Virus record (IMG/VR): IMGVR_UViG_2936345690_000002
Origin: a virus
Taxonomy: Duplodnaviria > Caudoviricetes
Direction: 5' to 3' (one strand)
DNA length: 64,000 bases
Positions 62,596 through 64,000 of the stretch are shown one piece after another. Under the pieces are notes generated by a model that saw only the letters and a program-made list of their open reading frames with translations, searched no databases and was not told the origin of the DNA. The first letter of the stretch is position 1. The number at the start of each line of letters is the position of its first letter. Made by a program: the position numbers and the translations under genes.

Positions 62596-64000
62596 TTACG
62601 CCGCTTCCGCCACGGCCTTGGCTTCTTCCGCACCGAACGCCATGCCTTCGGGGAGCCACTGTCGCAGCGCTTCCACCTGCTCCGGCGTTTTGCCGTGCGT
62701 CTGCGGTTCGGCAAACGCTTCGTTCAGTTGCGTCACCAGCGCCGCCCGTTTCGAGTTCCGGCGGTGCGATACCCACAGGGCACCGAGGACGCGCTCGCCG
62801 ACCTCGAGCAACTGCCCGATCTTGATGCGGCCAAAGAAGTTGGCGGCAGTCGGTCGCCAGTATGCGGCCACGTTCACCCCGGTCTGAGCCAGTGCGGCAT
62901 CGTAGACCGTCCGCTGCTTGCCAGCGCCGGGAGCGAGCTTCGGCTGGAGCGTCATCGCCGTGCAGTAGGCCAGAATCCGGTGCTTGTCGGCCTCGTCCAG
63001 CCGCTGGAAGGCGGCGAGCTGGGCGGCTTCGGTCTTCTCCCGCAGCCACGCCAGCGGCAGGGCTTCGCGGATGGCTTCCAGTCGTGCGGCGGCGGCGGTC
63101 TGCTCGCCTCCGCTGGGGCGTGGGTAGCTCTGGTTGAAGCTGACGTTCGCCCCGTCAAACCCGCCCTGGCTGGTCAGCACCTTCCGGGCGGCGGTCACCA
63201 CCAGCAGGTCGAAGGCGATGGCCGGGTTTTCGGCGATGGCGACCTGAGCCACCTGCGTCCGGTAGGCTTTCAGGTCGTCGATCAGCGCCTGCGAGAGGGC
63301 GGGCTTGGCCGGGGCGGATTCTTCGCTGTCTTCCTCGTCGCTGCTGGCCTGAGCGGTGGCGGCGGCTTTCTTGTCCTCCGGCTTCACCAGCCCTTTGTCG
63401 ATGCTGAGCCTGCCGCCCCAGACCACTCTGACGAAGCATCCGGCCAGCTTCTTCTGCTCGGGGTCGAAGTCGGTGAATGATTCCAGCTTCTCCTCGACAG
63501 CTTCTCGTTTCTCTTCCGCCAAGCGGCACTGCTCATAAAGGGATTCCAGCTCGTCATCGTCTTCGGTCGCGTCAATCGCGTCCTCGATCCGCTGTTCCTC
63601 AGCCTTTGCCGCTTCCAGTTCGGCCATCAGGTCGGCGGGAGCATCCAGCGGCACGGGCTGAATCCGGCCAAATTTCGAGAGCGTCGAGTAATCGCCCTCG
63701 AAATCCGCCTCCACCCATCCCCAGCCATCGGCGCGGAGCTTTTCGGCTTCCGCTTCCAGCTTTTCCCCGGCCAGGCGGTGCAGCAGCGTCATGTCCTCCA
63801 GATACACGTCCTCCCCGAACAGGTCAGACCTCGTCTTGCCGCCAGCGGCTTGATAGGCTTCCAGCCCGACAAATGCGGTCAGCTTGCTGTCGGCCTTCGC
63901 CATCTTGTCGGTCAGCAGCGAGCGAATTTCGCTGGCGTGGTGAATCTGCCAGCCATTCTTCACCTGCTTGTAAACCTTCAGCTGCCGCTTGCGGTCATCC
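62596..64000 (-). CDS. plasmid/ICE-type ParB-like protein, C-terminal part (5' end outside window)
   Basis: FVGLEAY.AAGG...DLF, GWGWVE, WRPTA.NFFGR, WLPEGM.F; frame open to the window edge. Confidence 0.8.
   Translation of the reverse strand, partial: DDRKRQLKVYKQVKNGWQIHHASEIRSLLTDKMAKADSKLTAFVGLEAYQAAGGKTRSDLFGEDVYLEDMTLLHRLAGEKLEAEAEKLRADGWGWVEADFEGDYSTLSKFGRIQPVPLDAPADLMAELEAAKAEEQRIEDAIDATEDDDELESLYEQCRLAEEKREAVEEKLESFTDFDPEQKKLAGCFVRVVWGGRLSIDKGLVKPEDKKAAATAQASSDEEDSEESAPAKPALSQALIDDLKAYRTQVAQVAIAENPAIAFDLLVVTAARKVLTSQGGFDGANVSFNQSYPRPSGGEQTAAAARLEAIREALPLAWLREKTEAAQLAAFQRLDEADKHRILAYCTAMTLQPKLAPGAGKQRTVYDAALAQTGVNVAAYWRPTAANFFGRIKIGQLLEVGERVLGALWVSHRRNSKRAALVTQLNEAFAEPQTHGKTPEQVEALRQWLPEGMAFGAEEAKAVAEAA

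Noticed and set aside
1-64000. Gene transfer agent or complete conjugative system
   Set aside because: Replication and recombination genes argue for a true phage; no VirB4, coupling protein or pilus genes are in the window.

Overview
GC-rich 64-kb window holding most of a tailed (siphovirus-like, HK97-fold) phage genome, probably of an alphaproteobacterial host (it encodes a GapR homologue). The minus strand from 39 kb to 10 kb is a complete late operon: terminase, portal, protease, capsid, neck, several fibre/spike genes, tail tube, frameshifted chaperone, tape measure, tail tip and lysis. From 39 to 55 kb are replication, recombination and early genes, controlled from two overlapping divergent promoter pairs that each sit beside a small ribbon-helix-helix gene missed by the ORF track. 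The phage also carries plasmid/ICE-type functions: a helicase-less MOBF relaxase preceded by a sequence matching MOBF nic sites (55142-55157), a block of small minus-strand genes plus a plasmid-type ParB-like gene oriented like a conjugative leading region, and a giant N6-methylase/SNF2 helicase containing a class-3 intein. Other notable items are a nested tRNA-like RNA (8411-8585), identical 21-bp gene-junction repeats, a family of post-stop hairpins, and tail-region proteins with signal-peptide-like N-termini. No integrase, CRISPR array or reverse transcriptase is visible. All calls come from reading motifs by eye; no searches were run.
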